From NCBI RefSeq assembly GCF_031427015.1, contig NZ_JASJOW010000003.1:368272-400271 (forward strand): DNA of 32,000 nucleotides, in the 5' to 3' direction. Positions 23,110 to 32,000 of the stretch are shown in pieces (position 1 is the stretch's first letter; every line of letters starts with the position of its first letter). The translations under genes and the position numbers were made by a program. This DNA comes from Sulfuricurvum sp. (GTDB lineage Bacteria; Campylobacterota; Campylobacteria; Campylobacterales; Sulfurimonadaceae). Under the pieces are notes generated by a model. It was given only the letters and a program-made list of their open reading frames with translations. It was not told where the DNA came from and searched no databases.

Positions 23110-25617
23110 ATGAAAGCTGTTGTGATGGCAGGGGGATTTGGTACGCGGATACAACCGCTCACGAATTCAATTCCTAAACCGATGTTGCCGATTATGAATC
23201 GTCCTATGATGGAACATACTATCGTTAGCTTACGTGATTTGGGGATAAAAGAATTCATTGTTTTACTCTATTTTAAACCTGAAATTATCAAAGATTATTT
23301 TAAAGACGGCAGTGCGTGGGGGATCAATATAACCTATGTCGTCCCTGATGATGATTACGGTACCGCAGGGGCCGTGAAACGTGCGCAAGAGCATATCGGA
23401 AATGAAAATTTTATTATTATCAGCGGAGATTTGGTGACGGATTTCGATTTCCAAGCCATTTTTGATTACCACACCTCCAAAAACTCAAAACTCACCATTA
23501 CCCTCACTTCCGTCGAAAATCCTCTCGAATTCGGGGTAGTAATCGCCAACAATGAGGGGAAAATCGAAAAGTTTCTCGAAAAACCGAGTTGGGGGGAGGT
23601 CTTTAGCGATACGATCAATACCGGTATCTATATTATCGAGCCAGAAATACTCGATTACATCCCTAATAATGAAAATTTTGATTTTGCTAAAGATCTGTTT
23701 CCGATGTTGATGCGCAAAGGGATCGATCTGATGGCGGGGTACGCGCAAGGGTACTGGCGCGATGTCGGAAATCCTGAGAGTTACCGCGATGTGTACGATG
23801 ATATATTAAGCGGAAAAATCAAACTCCACCTCGGCGGCGAAGCGATCAAATATCCCGACGGTGTTTTAATCGTCGAAGAAGATAATAATATCGATGAGAG
23901 TGTTGAAATCATAGGTATCGTTGTGATCGGAAACAATGTCACGATCAAAAAAGGGGTGAAACTCAACAACGTCGTTATCGGTGACAATGTGAGTATCGGC
24001 GGATCGTCAAAGGTTTGCAACAGCGTGATTTGGAATGACGTAGAGATCGGGAAAAATGCGAAACTCGACGGTTGCGTTATTTGTAATAACAATAAAATCG
24101 GCAAAAATGTAACCGCCAAATCGGGTTTGATTTTAGCGGAAGGGTGTGAAATCGGCGAGTTGGTGACGGTCGAAAAAGATGTCACGATCTGGCCGGATAA
24201 AGTGATCGAAGATGCCGCGATTGTCAGCCGAAGCGTGATTTTGGGAAGCAAATATAAAAATTCGATTTTTGAAAACGGATTGGTGATCGGGAAAAGCAAT
24301 GTCGAGCTTTCGTGTGAAATGGCGACAAAACTCGCAGAAGCGTTCGGTGCGCAGCTTCCTGTGGGATCAACGGTACTTGTCTCCCGTGACAGCGCTAAAA
24401 GTTCTCGAATGCTCAAACGGGCGTTTTTAGGAGGATTGCTCTCATCAGGAATGGACGTGATCGATTACGGATCCATCCCCTCGGCGGTCATGCGATGCAG
24501 TTTGTCGTATCATGATAAATATTCTGCAGGGGTACATTTCAACCAAAAACTAGATGATCCTACCAGCAGCGTTATTACGTTTTACAATCATGAAGCGCTT
24601 CGTATAAATAATGATGTTGCCAAAAAAGTTGAAAAAGCATTTTTCAAAGAGACGTTTCGACGGGTAGACTATTCTCGAATCGGTCAAATTTATCTCTCCG
24701 ATCATACGAAAGAGTATATAGGGTATAAAAAAGGGATGGAGGAGCTGCTCCAATCGCATATGTTTAAATGTCTCAATTGCCGTATCGCGGTGGATATGAT
24801 GCACGGCGTCGCATCCGAAGTCTTTCCCGATATTCTCAATGAAATGGGTGTCGATAATATCATGTTTAATGCCCATCCCGACGATCAGCGTCTTGAAAAT
24901 ATCAATACACTGACAAAGCGTTCGTACGAAGATATGAGTGCGGTTATCACCGCGTTGGATTTGGATGCCGGATTTATGATCTATCCGCACGGTCAGAGGC
25001 TGGATATTTTATGCGATAAGGGGATTTTGTTGAGCAAACAAGCCTCATTATTTGTGGTCTTAACACTGCTGAACATGGAGGCCAAATCCAAAGAGATGGT
25101 GAAGAGGGTATTTCTCCCGACGTGGGCGGCTGATTTCGTCCGATTTGATCATCTTAAAATCGAGCATGGAGAGTACGCCAATTTTAAAAGCGAACAGATG
25201 AAACAGTATGATTTGGTTACGACGGGGGAGGGGAATTTCGCTTTTACCGAATTTTCGACCCACCGCGATTCGATGTACGCTACGTTAAAAATTTTGGAAA
25301 TGCTGGTAAGCCACAGGGTAAAACTCTCGGAACTGATCGATGCGCTTCCTCGATTTTATTATCACTCTTTCCATGTTGAATGCACGCAGTCGAAAAAAGG
25401 GAAGATGATGCGGATGTTTCTCGAAGATGCAAAAGGGAAAAAATCATCGACGCTCGACGGGGTAAAAATATGGCTTGATAAGCAAGATTGGATTTTGATG
25501 ATTCCCGATCAATACAGCGATCGACTCAATCTTTATATACAAGCTAAAAATGAGAGTAACGGGGAGCTGATCCGTCAGACCTACACGGCTAAAATAGAGG
25601 AATGGATGCACTCTTAA
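23110..25617 (+). CDS. Fused sugar-1-phosphate nucleotidyltransferase (NTP_transferase plus left-handed beta-helix) and phosphoglucomutase/phosphomannomutase-like domain
   Basis: 835 aa. The N-terminus is MAGGFGTRIQPLT...KPMLPI. Hexapeptide repeats span about aa 255-370. The C-terminal half has a PGM/PMM-like layout but degenerate signature loops (see findings). Confidence 0.8.
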   Translation: MKAVVMAGGFGTRIQPLTNSIPKPMLPIMNRPMMEHTIVSLRDLGIKEFIVLLYFKPEIIKDYFKDGSAWGINITYVVPDDDYGTAGAVKRAQEHIGNENFIIISGDLVTDFDFQAIFDYHTSKNSKLTITLTSVENPLEFGVVIANNEGKIEKFLEKPSWGEVFSDTINTGIYIIEPEILDYIPNNENFDFAKDLFPMLMRKGIDLMAGYAQGYWRDVGNPESYRDVYDDILSGKIKLHLGGEAIKYPDGVLIVEEDNNIDESVEIIGIVVIGNNVTIKKGVKLNNVVIGDNVSIGGSSKVCNSVIWNDVEIGKNAKLDGCVICNNNKIGKNVTAKSGLILAEGCEIGELVTVEKDVTIWPDKVIEDAAIVSRSVILGSKYKNSIFENGLVIGKSNVELSCEMATKLAEAFGAQLPVGSTVLVSRDSAKSSRMLKRAFLGGLLSSGMDVIDYGSIPSAVMRCSLSYHDKYSAGVHFNQKLDDPTSSVITFYNHEALRINNDVAKKVEKAFFKETFRRVDYSRIGQIYLSDHTKEYIGYKKGMEELLQSHMFKCLNCRIAVDMMHGVASEVFPDILNEMGVDNIMFNAHPDDQRLENINTLTKRSYEDMSAVITALDLDAGFMIYPHGQRLDILCDKGILLSKQASLFVVLTLLNMEAKSKEMVKRVFLPTWAADFVRFDHLKIEHGEYANFKSEQMKQYDLVTTGEGNFAFTEFSTHRDSMYATLKILEMLVSHRVKLSELIDALPRFYYHSFHVECTQSKKGKMMRMFLEDAKGKKSSTLDGVKIWLDKQDWILMIPDQYSDRLNLYIQAKNESNGELIRQTYTAKIEEWMHS

Positions 25618-27650
25618 TGGATTCCAAGCTTCTCACACTCTCTTTTTTTTGGCATATGCATCAGCCCGATTATCGCGGAGCGGACGGTGTGATGAGTATG
25701 CCGTGGGTTTTTTTGCACGGCATTAAAGATTATTATGAGATGCCGTGGCTTCTAACGCAATACCCGAATCTCAAGGCGACCTTCAATCTCACGGCAACGC
25801 TGATGGAGCAGTTGGCACTCTATCGTGATCCGCTTAAATACGATTATTTTTTACAGTTATGGAGTAAACACCCCTCACAGCTGAATGCCCAAGAGCGACA
25901 ATGGCTCATTAAACTGTGTAAATCAAGTCAATTTGAGACAATGGTGAGACCGATGGCCTCTTATGAATCGCTTTATTGCAAAGCGGAGTACAGCGACGAT
26001 GAACTGATTAATTTGGAGGTCGTATTTGTCGTGGCATGGTGTGGAAACTATCTTCGCCAAGAAAACAGCGTCGTCAAAGAGATGCTGCAAAAGGGGAAAT
26101 CTTTTAGCCAAAACGATAAAGAACGTCTTTTAGAGAGCTTGTGCGCTTTTATCCAAACTATTATCCCTTTTTATGCCCGATTACAAAATGAGGGACGAAT
26201 TTCGGTTTCGACGACTCCCTATTATCATCCGATTTTGCCGTTGTTGATCGATATGGAGAATGCGGTGGCGGCTAATTCGCATACTACCCCTCCCCAAAGA
26301 GCTATGTCACTCACGGAGGACGCGCATCAGCATATAGAACGCTCAATCGCGTTGTATTCGCAAAATTTCAACCAAAAACCGAGTGGATTTTGGCCTGCCG
26401 AGGGGGCGGTTGATCCTAAAAGTGTGGAACTTTATCGTCAATACGATCTCAAATGGATTGCAACCGATGAAGCGATACTCTTTCGCTCATTAGGCAATGA
26501 AGATAGGGGGAACCTTTATAAAACATACGATTACGAGGGGATAACTATCGGATTTCGCGATCACGCTTTGAGCGATTTGATCGGTTTCACCTATCGGTTT
26601 AAAGGTGCTGAAGATGCGGCAAATCATTTTCTCAAAAATCTTGAGAGTATTTATGATGAGAACGACAACCCGAGTGTATCTGTAATCGTCGATGGGGAGA
26701 ATGCCTGGGAGTTTTACGAGAAGAACGGCTTTGATTTTTTTAACGCTTTGTACTCGCGTTTAGAGATGAGTTCATGGTGCAAAACGGCTACAATGGATGA
26801 AATAGCCGATACCAAGCGCCACAGTAAACTGGAAAAACTTCATCCCGGAAGCTGGATTCACGGGACGTTTGATACGTGGTCCGGACATCCTCAAAAAAAT
26901 CGTGCGTGGGAATTGATCTATCAGACCAAACGGGATGTGGAGAACTTTCACGGCTCAGTTAGTGAAGAGACGAAACAGAAAATCGAAGAACACTTTTTAG
27001 CTTCGGAATGCAGTGATTGGTTTTGGTGGTACGGTGATGATCATGCGAGTGATTTCGCGAGCGAATTTGATCTGCTGTTTCGGGGGCGCTTGATCGCGAT
27101 TTACGATTTGTTAGGGATAGCACCCCCTGCAAACCTGTTTCAGGCAATTATCTCAATGAACACCGCTTCTGCGTTTTGGGTGAAACCCTCATCTTCGCTC
27201 ACACCCGTGATTGACGGGAAATACTCCTCATTTTTTGAGTGGCTCGGATGCGGAAGTATGGATGAGCGAAAGCTCTACTCAACCATGGATAGAGTACGCG
27301 GCCCTATCGATATCCTCTATTACGGACATGATAAAAAAGCGATCTATGTCGCGTTTGAGGGGGAGATCGCACAGGTTGATCGACGCGGTTTAAAACTACT
27401 GGTAATCCTCGAAGAGAACGGCGAGACGCTGGAGTATGATTTGGAAAATCTAACGTCGCCTGAAAAAGATACGGTAGCTATTGATGAGCGGCTCGAAATT
27501 GCGATTTCACGGCTCCATTTCGGTGATATGCGGTTGTTTCATTTACGCTTTGAATTGGTACGCAATACGCAAATAGTTCAGACGATGCCCGGCAACGGCG
27601 CATTGTGTATTAATCTGGATGAGCATTATGCCGCCAACTGGTTTGTATAG
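25617..27650 (+). CDS. Glycoside hydrolase family 57 protein (alpha-amylase / amylopullulanase-like or branching-type)
   Basis: GH57 regions are FFWHMHQPDY, GFWPAEGAV (nucleophile Glu region) and VIVDGENAWEFY (acid/base Asp region). The ATG at 25617 overlaps the upstream TAA (TAATG). The track's alternative start is 25602. Confidence 0.8.
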   Translation: MDSKLLTLSFFWHMHQPDYRGADGVMSMPWVFLHGIKDYYEMPWLLTQYPNLKATFNLTATLMEQLALYRDPLKYDYFLQLWSKHPSQLNAQERQWLIKLCKSSQFETMVRPMASYESLYCKAEYSDDELINLEVVFVVAWCGNYLRQENSVVKEMLQKGKSFSQNDKERLLESLCAFIQTIIPFYARLQNEGRISVSTTPYYHPILPLLIDMENAVAANSHTTPPQRAMSLTEDAHQHIERSIALYSQNFNQKPSGFWPAEGAVDPKSVELYRQYDLKWIATDEAILFRSLGNEDRGNLYKTYDYEGITIGFRDHALSDLIGFTYRFKGAEDAANHFLKNLESIYDENDNPSVSVIVDGENAWEFYEKNGFDFFNALYSRLEMSSWCKTATMDEIADTKRHSKLEKLHPGSWIHGTFDTWSGHPQKNRAWELIYQTKRDVENFHGSVSEETKQKIEEHFLASECSDWFWWYGDDHASDFASEFDLLFRGRLIAIYDLLGIAPPANLFQAIISMNTASAFWVKPSSSLTPVIDGKYSSFFEWLGCGSMDERKLYSTMDRVRGPIDILYYGHDKKAIYVAFEGEIAQVDRRGLKLLVILEENGETLEYDLENLTSPEKDTVAIDERLEIAISRLHFGDMRLFHLRFELVRNTQIVQTMPGNGALCINLDEHYAANWFV

Positions 27651-27664
27651 GAAAAGGAAGAGAG

Positions 27665-29719
27665 ATGTCTAAAACTACACTACTGTTTGGGATACATATG
27701 CATCAGCCGGTCGATAATTTCGGCTGGGTAATCGATCATGCGATTGAGGTATGCTACAAACCTTTTTTTGAGGTGATGAGCCGTTACCCCTCGTTTCGTT
27801 TTAGTGTTCATTGCAGCGGATGGCTGATGGAGCAGATCGAAGAGCGTGATCCTAAGCTCTACAAACAGATTCAAAAACTTTCCAAATCGGGAAGTATCGA
27901 GTTTTTCAGTGCGGGGTATTACGAACCGATCTTGAGCGTTATCCCCTCACGTGATCGCGTTGAACAAATCAAAAAACTTAATCACTCTATTTCGGATCGG
28001 TTTAACCAGCATCCCAAGGGGTTATGGCTCACCGAGCGGGTATGGGAATCTTCTCTTATTCCTGATTTGGCAGAGGGGGGGATTGAGTATACGGTAATGG
28101 ACGATTACCATTTCCAATGTGCAGGATTCGATGAAGCACTACTGGATGGGTATTATCTCAGCGAAGAGGGGGGCGTTGCTATCGCTCTTTTTCCAATCAG
28201 CAAAAAACTTCGCTATGCACTGCCGTTTTTGAGTGTCGAGAAAGCATTAGAGGCTATCAAAAGCTATACGCGTGAGAAAAACTCTGCGGCGATTATCTTC
28301 GATGATGCCGAAAAATTCGGGATGTGGCCGGGAACCCATGCGTGGGTCTATGAAAAGCGATGGCTGGAAAAATTTGTCGAAGCGGTATTGGCCGATGAGA
28401 CCATCGAAACATCCCATTTCGGAGAGTATAAAAGAGAGGAAAAACCGCGCGGGATCGCCTATTTGCCAAACGTATCGTATTACGAGATGGGGGAGTGGAG
28501 TCTGCGCGCCGAGGATGCGCACGCTCTCGAAACGTTCAAAGCGGAGATGGGGTTTGATCGGTATGAACGCGAGGGGGTAAAATTCCTCAAAGGGGGAATT
28601 TGGAAGAATTTTTTCGTCAAATATCCCGAAAGCAACCGTATCCACAAACGGATGCTTGAACTCTCTGCGCTCAGAGAGAAGATAGGGCGTGAAGATTTTG
28701 ACACCGCACTTTTTAAACTCCAAACCAACGATTCACTATGGCATGGAGTATTCGGCGGACTCTATTTGCCCAATCTGAGAGATACTTCCTACCGCTACCT
28801 CATCGAATGTGAGAATATTCGCTACGGTGCAACCCGTATTATCGAATCATACAATAATGAGTTGGACGGATATGAGAAGATAAAAGCGGTAACGCCTGAG
28901 CTGATTTGGAGATTTGACAGCGCTTTCGGAGGACAGTTGGTAGAACTGGATGTACGCGATCAATGTTTTAACTATCAAAATACGTTAACCCGCCGTGAAG
29001 AAGCGTATCATCAGCGGGTGTTAGAACCTTTGTGCCATGAGGGGCAAGGCAATGAAGAAACAGCGGCGACGGAAGAGGGGATAGATACGATTCATACCGC
29101 AATGGTACAAATCGATGACTCTTTGCGTGATGCGATCATTTATGATTGGTATCTTAAAAACTCATTTATCGATCATATCAGTGATGAACGTTTCAGATGC
29201 GTGAATTTTCGCCATTGCAACTTTCCGGAGTACGGTGATTTTGCGAATCAGCCGTTTGAAACGGATTATAATCAGAACAAAGTCCTATTTTCACGGCGCG
29301 GAGGTCTTTATTTCCCCGAAAAAGTCGAAGCATTTTTAACCAAAGAGTACACTTTTAGCGGAAATTGTCTCAACTTCTCGATAAAGTTCGAGAGTGAGAC
29401 CGTGCGAAGTTTGCTCTATTGTTTAGAATATAATTTCCATTTTTCCGATACGGACGCGGTGAAAATTAATGCTAGGACGATCGAAGAGGAGGGGGAGATA
29501 CTATTGTGCGACTCTCTTATTCTTAGTGACACCGTTTTAGGGAAAGAGATAGCGATCACCCTCAATCAGCCTTGCCGTATTAATTATTTTAAACTCAAAA
29601 CCCTTTCCCAAAGCGAACAAGGATTCGATCTCAGTGTACAGGGTATCAGTTTGGCGATAGCGCATCGTTTTGAGGGTTCGTTTGCCCTTAATGGATCATT
29701 GGAGATACGCAATGTCTGA
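27665..29719 (+). CDS. GH57 4-alpha-glucanotransferase-type enzyme with a long C-terminal (DUF1926-like) domain
   Basis: 684 aa. GIHMHQPVDNF, LWLTERVWE and IIFDDAEKFGMWPG match the Thermococcus litoralis-type 4-alpha-glucanotransferase catalytic regions (WLTERV / DDGEKFG). Confidence 0.8.
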   Translation: MSKTTLLFGIHMHQPVDNFGWVIDHAIEVCYKPFFEVMSRYPSFRFSVHCSGWLMEQIEERDPKLYKQIQKLSKSGSIEFFSAGYYEPILSVIPSRDRVEQIKKLNHSISDRFNQHPKGLWLTERVWESSLIPDLAEGGIEYTVMDDYHFQCAGFDEALLDGYYLSEEGGVAIALFPISKKLRYALPFLSVEKALEAIKSYTREKNSAAIIFDDAEKFGMWPGTHAWVYEKRWLEKFVEAVLADETIETSHFGEYKREEKPRGIAYLPNVSYYEMGEWSLRAEDAHALETFKAEMGFDRYEREGVKFLKGGIWKNFFVKYPESNRIHKRMLELSALREKIGREDFDTALFKLQTNDSLWHGVFGGLYLPNLRDTSYRYLIECENIRYGATRIIESYNNELDGYEKIKAVTPELIWRFDSAFGGQLVELDVRDQCFNYQNTLTRREEAYHQRVLEPLCHEGQGNEETAATEEGIDTIHTAMVQIDDSLRDAIIYDWYLKNSFIDHISDERFRCVNFRHCNFPEYGDFANQPFETDYNQNKVLFSRRGGLYFPEKVEAFLTKEYTFSGNCLNFSIKFESETVRSLLYCLEYNFHFSDTDAVKINARTIEEEGEILLCDSLILSDTVLGKEIAITLNQPCRINYFKLKTLSQSEQGFDLSVQGISLAIAHRFEGSFALNGSLEIRNV

Positions 29720-30737
29720 GATTCGCTATGACCGTTTGCACGATGTACATGTCGTCATAGCACCGGAGAGGCTCCATCATCCCGATGAAACCGAGTCATC
29801 TCTCAATAAAGTTGCCAAAGAGCCGTATTCCAGCGAACCGTGCCCTTTTTGTGAGAAAAATGAGTCGATGACCCCTCCGGAAATCTATGCCATACGGCGT
29901 GAGGGGAGTTTTCCAAACGAGAGCGGCTGGCAGACCCGTGTGGTTCCCAATCTGTTTAAAGCGGTTCAGATCGAAACTCCGCTCCATCACCATTTTGGAA
30001 TGTTCGAGTATTGGGAAGGATTCGGTGCTCATGAAGTCATCATCGATACCCCTCGACATACTACGTCGATGTGTGAATGGAGTGAAGAGGATGCGATTGC
30101 GTGGCTAAAAACGTTGAGCCAACGGGTTGGAGATTTGCGCAGAGATCATCGGATAACGTATATTTCGCTCTTTAAAAACGAGGGGAAAAATGCCGGTGCG
30201 ACAATGGCTCACTGCCATACGCAACTCATCGCATTGCCTTTGATTCCAAAATCGCAAAATGAGTTATATCGCCGATTGTTAGAGCATTTTCAAACAAACG
30301 GACATCCGTTGATGGAATCGATCCTCTCGCATGAAGAAGAGACTCAGAGCCGTATCATCGAGAAGAGGGGTGGATTTAGTGCCTATTGTCCTTATGCAAG
30401 CGGTTATCCGTTTGAAGTGATACTCAGTTCACTCCATGAACGAGGCGATATCGATACTTTAAAAGAGGAGCAGATAGGAGAGATTGCCGCACTTCTTATC
30501 TCTACTCTGCAACGGTTAAAACGGCAATTGGGGGTGTTCCATTTTAATCTTTGGATATCTACCCCTTCGTTGATTCCTAACGAGGGGATCGATTCTGTCG
30601 ATGTCGACCGTTTTGCAATCCGAATTATGCCGCGCCTCTATCGTCACGGCGGATTTGAGCAGACGAGCGGCATCTTGATCAATCCGGTCACGCCGGAATT
30701 GGCGGCAAAATTATTACGGGAGAAGAGTCATGAATAA
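29712..30737 (+). CDS. galT: GalT-family HIT nucleotidyltransferase (galactose-1-phosphate uridylyltransferase-like; possibly an NDP-glucose phosphorylase)
   Basis: CPFC zinc motif and the HxHxQ active site (AHCHTQLIA). The ATG at 29712 has GGAG 7 nt upstream and overlaps the upstream stop. The 29670 start in the track is a non-ATG extension. Confidence 0.8.
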   Translation: MSEIRYDRLHDVHVVIAPERLHHPDETESSLNKVAKEPYSSEPCPFCEKNESMTPPEIYAIRREGSFPNESGWQTRVVPNLFKAVQIETPLHHHFGMFEYWEGFGAHEVIIDTPRHTTSMCEWSEEDAIAWLKTLSQRVGDLRRDHRITYISLFKNEGKNAGATMAHCHTQLIALPLIPKSQNELYRRLLEHFQTNGHPLMESILSHEEETQSRIIEKRGGFSAYCPYASGYPFEVILSSLHERGDIDTLKEEQIGEIAALLISTLQRLKRQLGVFHFNLWISTPSLIPNEGIDSVDVDRFAIRIMPRLYRHGGFEQTSGILINPVTPELAAKLLREKSHE

Positions 30738-32000
30738 AAAACCTCTACTGTTCGCATCCAGCGAAGTTTACCCTTTTGTCAAGACGGGAGGATTGGCCGA
30801 TGTTTCCCATTCGCTTCCCAAAGCGTTGGGAGAGACGTATGAGGTTTGTGTTGTACTGCCTCTTTATCAATCGATTGATCGAAAACGTTTTAACATCAAA
30901 CTGATGGAGTCGTTTGAAGTGATAATGGGGGGAATCACCTACGCGGTTGAACTGCACGGAACGCGATATGAGGATGGAGAGTATCGCTTCTTCTATCTAC
31001 CTTTGTTATGTGATCGAGAATTTTTGTACGGCCCTCCGGAGTGCGGATATGAGGATAATGCTCTTCGTTTTGCCCTTTTTTCTTATGCTGTTACCGAAAT
31101 GCTTCGACGGGAGAGTTACTGCGTTGCTCATCTCAATGATTGGCAGTGTGCTTTGGTCGCGCTGTTGGTCAAAGAAGATCCCACAATCTCTACGAAAACA
31201 CTCTATACTATTCATAATCTTGCTTATCAGGGGGTATTTGATCCTCACGTATTGCCTCAGATCGGAATTGATGAGCGCTACTACACGATGGAGGCTCTGG
31301 AGTTTTATAATCAAGTAAACTTTATGAAAGCCGGAATCGTCTATGCGGATGCGATAACGACGGTGAGCCCTACCTACGCCAAAGAGATTTTAACCCCCGA
31401 ATTCGGATGCGGTTTGGAGGGATTTTTACAGCTTCATCGCCGTAAACTGCACGGTATTCTTAACGGGATTGATTCAGAGCACTTTTCACCTGTAAAGGAT
31501 AAAGCATTGGTTGAGTGTTATGAGCATCCCAAAGGGAAAAAAGCTTCCAAAATCGATATCCTAAAACATTTCGGACTTAAAGGTGGCACGAAACCGCTCT
31601 TTGTCTTTATCGGCCGTTTTGCCCACCAAAAAGGGATTGACCTCTTAATCGAAACGTTGCCGAAGATGGCCGAGTTAGAGTGTAACATCGCCTTACTCGG
31701 AGAGGGTGATGAAGCGTATCATACGGTACTTCAGAGTATTGCTGAGGATTACCGTAATATCTCCCTTACGTATGGCTACGATGAGTCGTTATCGAGACGA
31801 ATGTATGCGGCGGCGGATTTTTTGGTGATGCCCTCGCTTTTCGAGCCGTGCGGTCTCAATCAAATGATCGCATTTGCTTATGGCGCCGTTCCTATTGTCA
31901 GCCGAGTGGGAGGGTTAGTCGATACGGTAAAAAAATACGAATCGTTTGATACGGAGAGTCGATCAGGATTTGGCGTATTCATTACTACACCGACGTCCAA
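30730..32000 (+). CDS. glgA: Glycogen (starch) synthase GlgA, open at the 3' window edge
   Basis: Frame 1 is open from ATG 30730 to the window end. The N-terminus is MNKKPLLFASSEVYPFVKTGGLADV (KTGGL motif), followed by HLNDWQ, TVSPTYA and PSLFEPCGLNQM. The start overlaps the galT stop. It is missing from the ORF track because no stop lies in the window. Confidence 0.92.
   Translation, partial: MNKKPLLFASSEVYPFVKTGGLADVSHSLPKALGETYEVCVVLPLYQSIDRKRFNIKLMESFEVIMGGITYAVELHGTRYEDGEYRFFYLPLLCDREFLYGPPECGYEDNALRFALFSYAVTEMLRRESYCVAHLNDWQCALVALLVKEDPTISTKTLYTIHNLAYQGVFDPHVLPQIGIDERYYTMEALEFYNQVNFMKAGIVYADAITTVSPTYAKEILTPEFGCGLEGFLQLHRRKLHGILNGIDSEHFSPVKDKALVECYEHPKGKKASKIDILKHFGLKGGTKPLFVFIGRFAHQKGIDLLIETLPKMAELECNIALLGEGDEAYHTVLQSIAEDYRNISLTYGYDESLSRRMYAAADFLVMPSLFEPCGLNQMIAFAYGAVPIVSRVGGLVDTVKKYESFDTESRSGFGVFITTPTS

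Noticed and set aside
23781-24416. A 211-aa minus-strand ORF, the largest unassigned ORF in the track.
   Set aside because: It lies entirely antisense to the hexapeptide-repeat (left-handed beta-helix) region of the 835-aa gene. Its translation is low-complexity S/T/I/P-rich with no motif or SD, so it is a shadow ORF of repetitive coding sequence.
29670-29711. The upstream non-ATG start for the GalT-like gene given in the ORF track.
   Set aside because: The ATG at 29712 has GGAG at the right spacing and gives a normal GalT N-terminus (MSEIRYDRL). The extension would overlap the preceding GH57 gene by 50 nt.
30745-31318. Track ORFs 30745-30957 (minus), 30947-31318 (plus) and 31006-31314 (minus) in a region where the track shows no long gene.
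   Set aside because: Frame 1 from ATG 30730 is open to the window end and encodes an unmistakable GlgA (KTGGLADV and later motifs). It is absent from the track only because it has no stop in the window. The short ORFs are shadows.
1-32000. A search for CRISPR arrays, IS elements or transposases, rRNA, other tRNAs, and additional in-frame-TGA split genes (further selenoproteins).
   Set aside because: No regularly spaced direct repeats, no transposase- or integrase-like ORFs, and no other tRNA-like cloverleaf were noticed. No other pair of adjacent same-frame ORFs is separated by a lone TGA. The scan was visual only, so short or degenerate elements could have been missed.

Overview
All calls come from reading the sequence and the ORF track, with motifs recognised from memory. 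No searches were run. The window looks like a Campylobacterota (epsilonproteobacterial) chromosome segment with three blocks.

(1) Bases 1-19.4 kb form a selenium/formate block. It holds the selD 3' end, an uncharacterised three-gene operon (AurF-like diiron protein, ACAD-fold flavoenzyme, leaderless PhnD-like binding protein), and a binding-protein/histidine-kinase/response-regulator operon. These are followed by selB-selA, tRNA-Sec, and a nine-gene periplasmic formate dehydrogenase operon. FdhA in that operon reads through an in-frame UGA (Sec) at 13593-13595. The operon ends with fdhD overlapping a divergent NifS-like gene.

(2) Bases 19.4-22.1 kb are a visibly AT-richer accessory islet. 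It carries a 370-aa orphan protein with a TumE/DUF6516-like C-terminus, a class I Fic toxin, an unannotated 43-aa VbhA/FicA/YhfG-type antitoxin ORF, and a 101-aa orphan.

(3) Bases 22.1-32 kb carry msrA, a structured 500-bp intergenic region, and a non-canonical glycogen operon. That operon encodes a fused NDP-sugar pyrophosphorylase/degenerate PGM-like protein, two GH57 enzymes, a GalT-like HIT enzyme and glgA, which is open at the window end.

The most interesting unexplained signals are:
- a 21-bp AT-rich palindrome present three times, only in intergenic DNA beside selD, selA/tRNA-Sec and the fdh operon;
- the unknown operon immediately behind selD, which has one of those palindrome copies upstream;
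- an identical 18-mer shared by two control regions;
- the dedicated NifS-like partner of FdhD;
- the accessory islet.

No CRISPR array, rRNA, transposase or integrase was seen.
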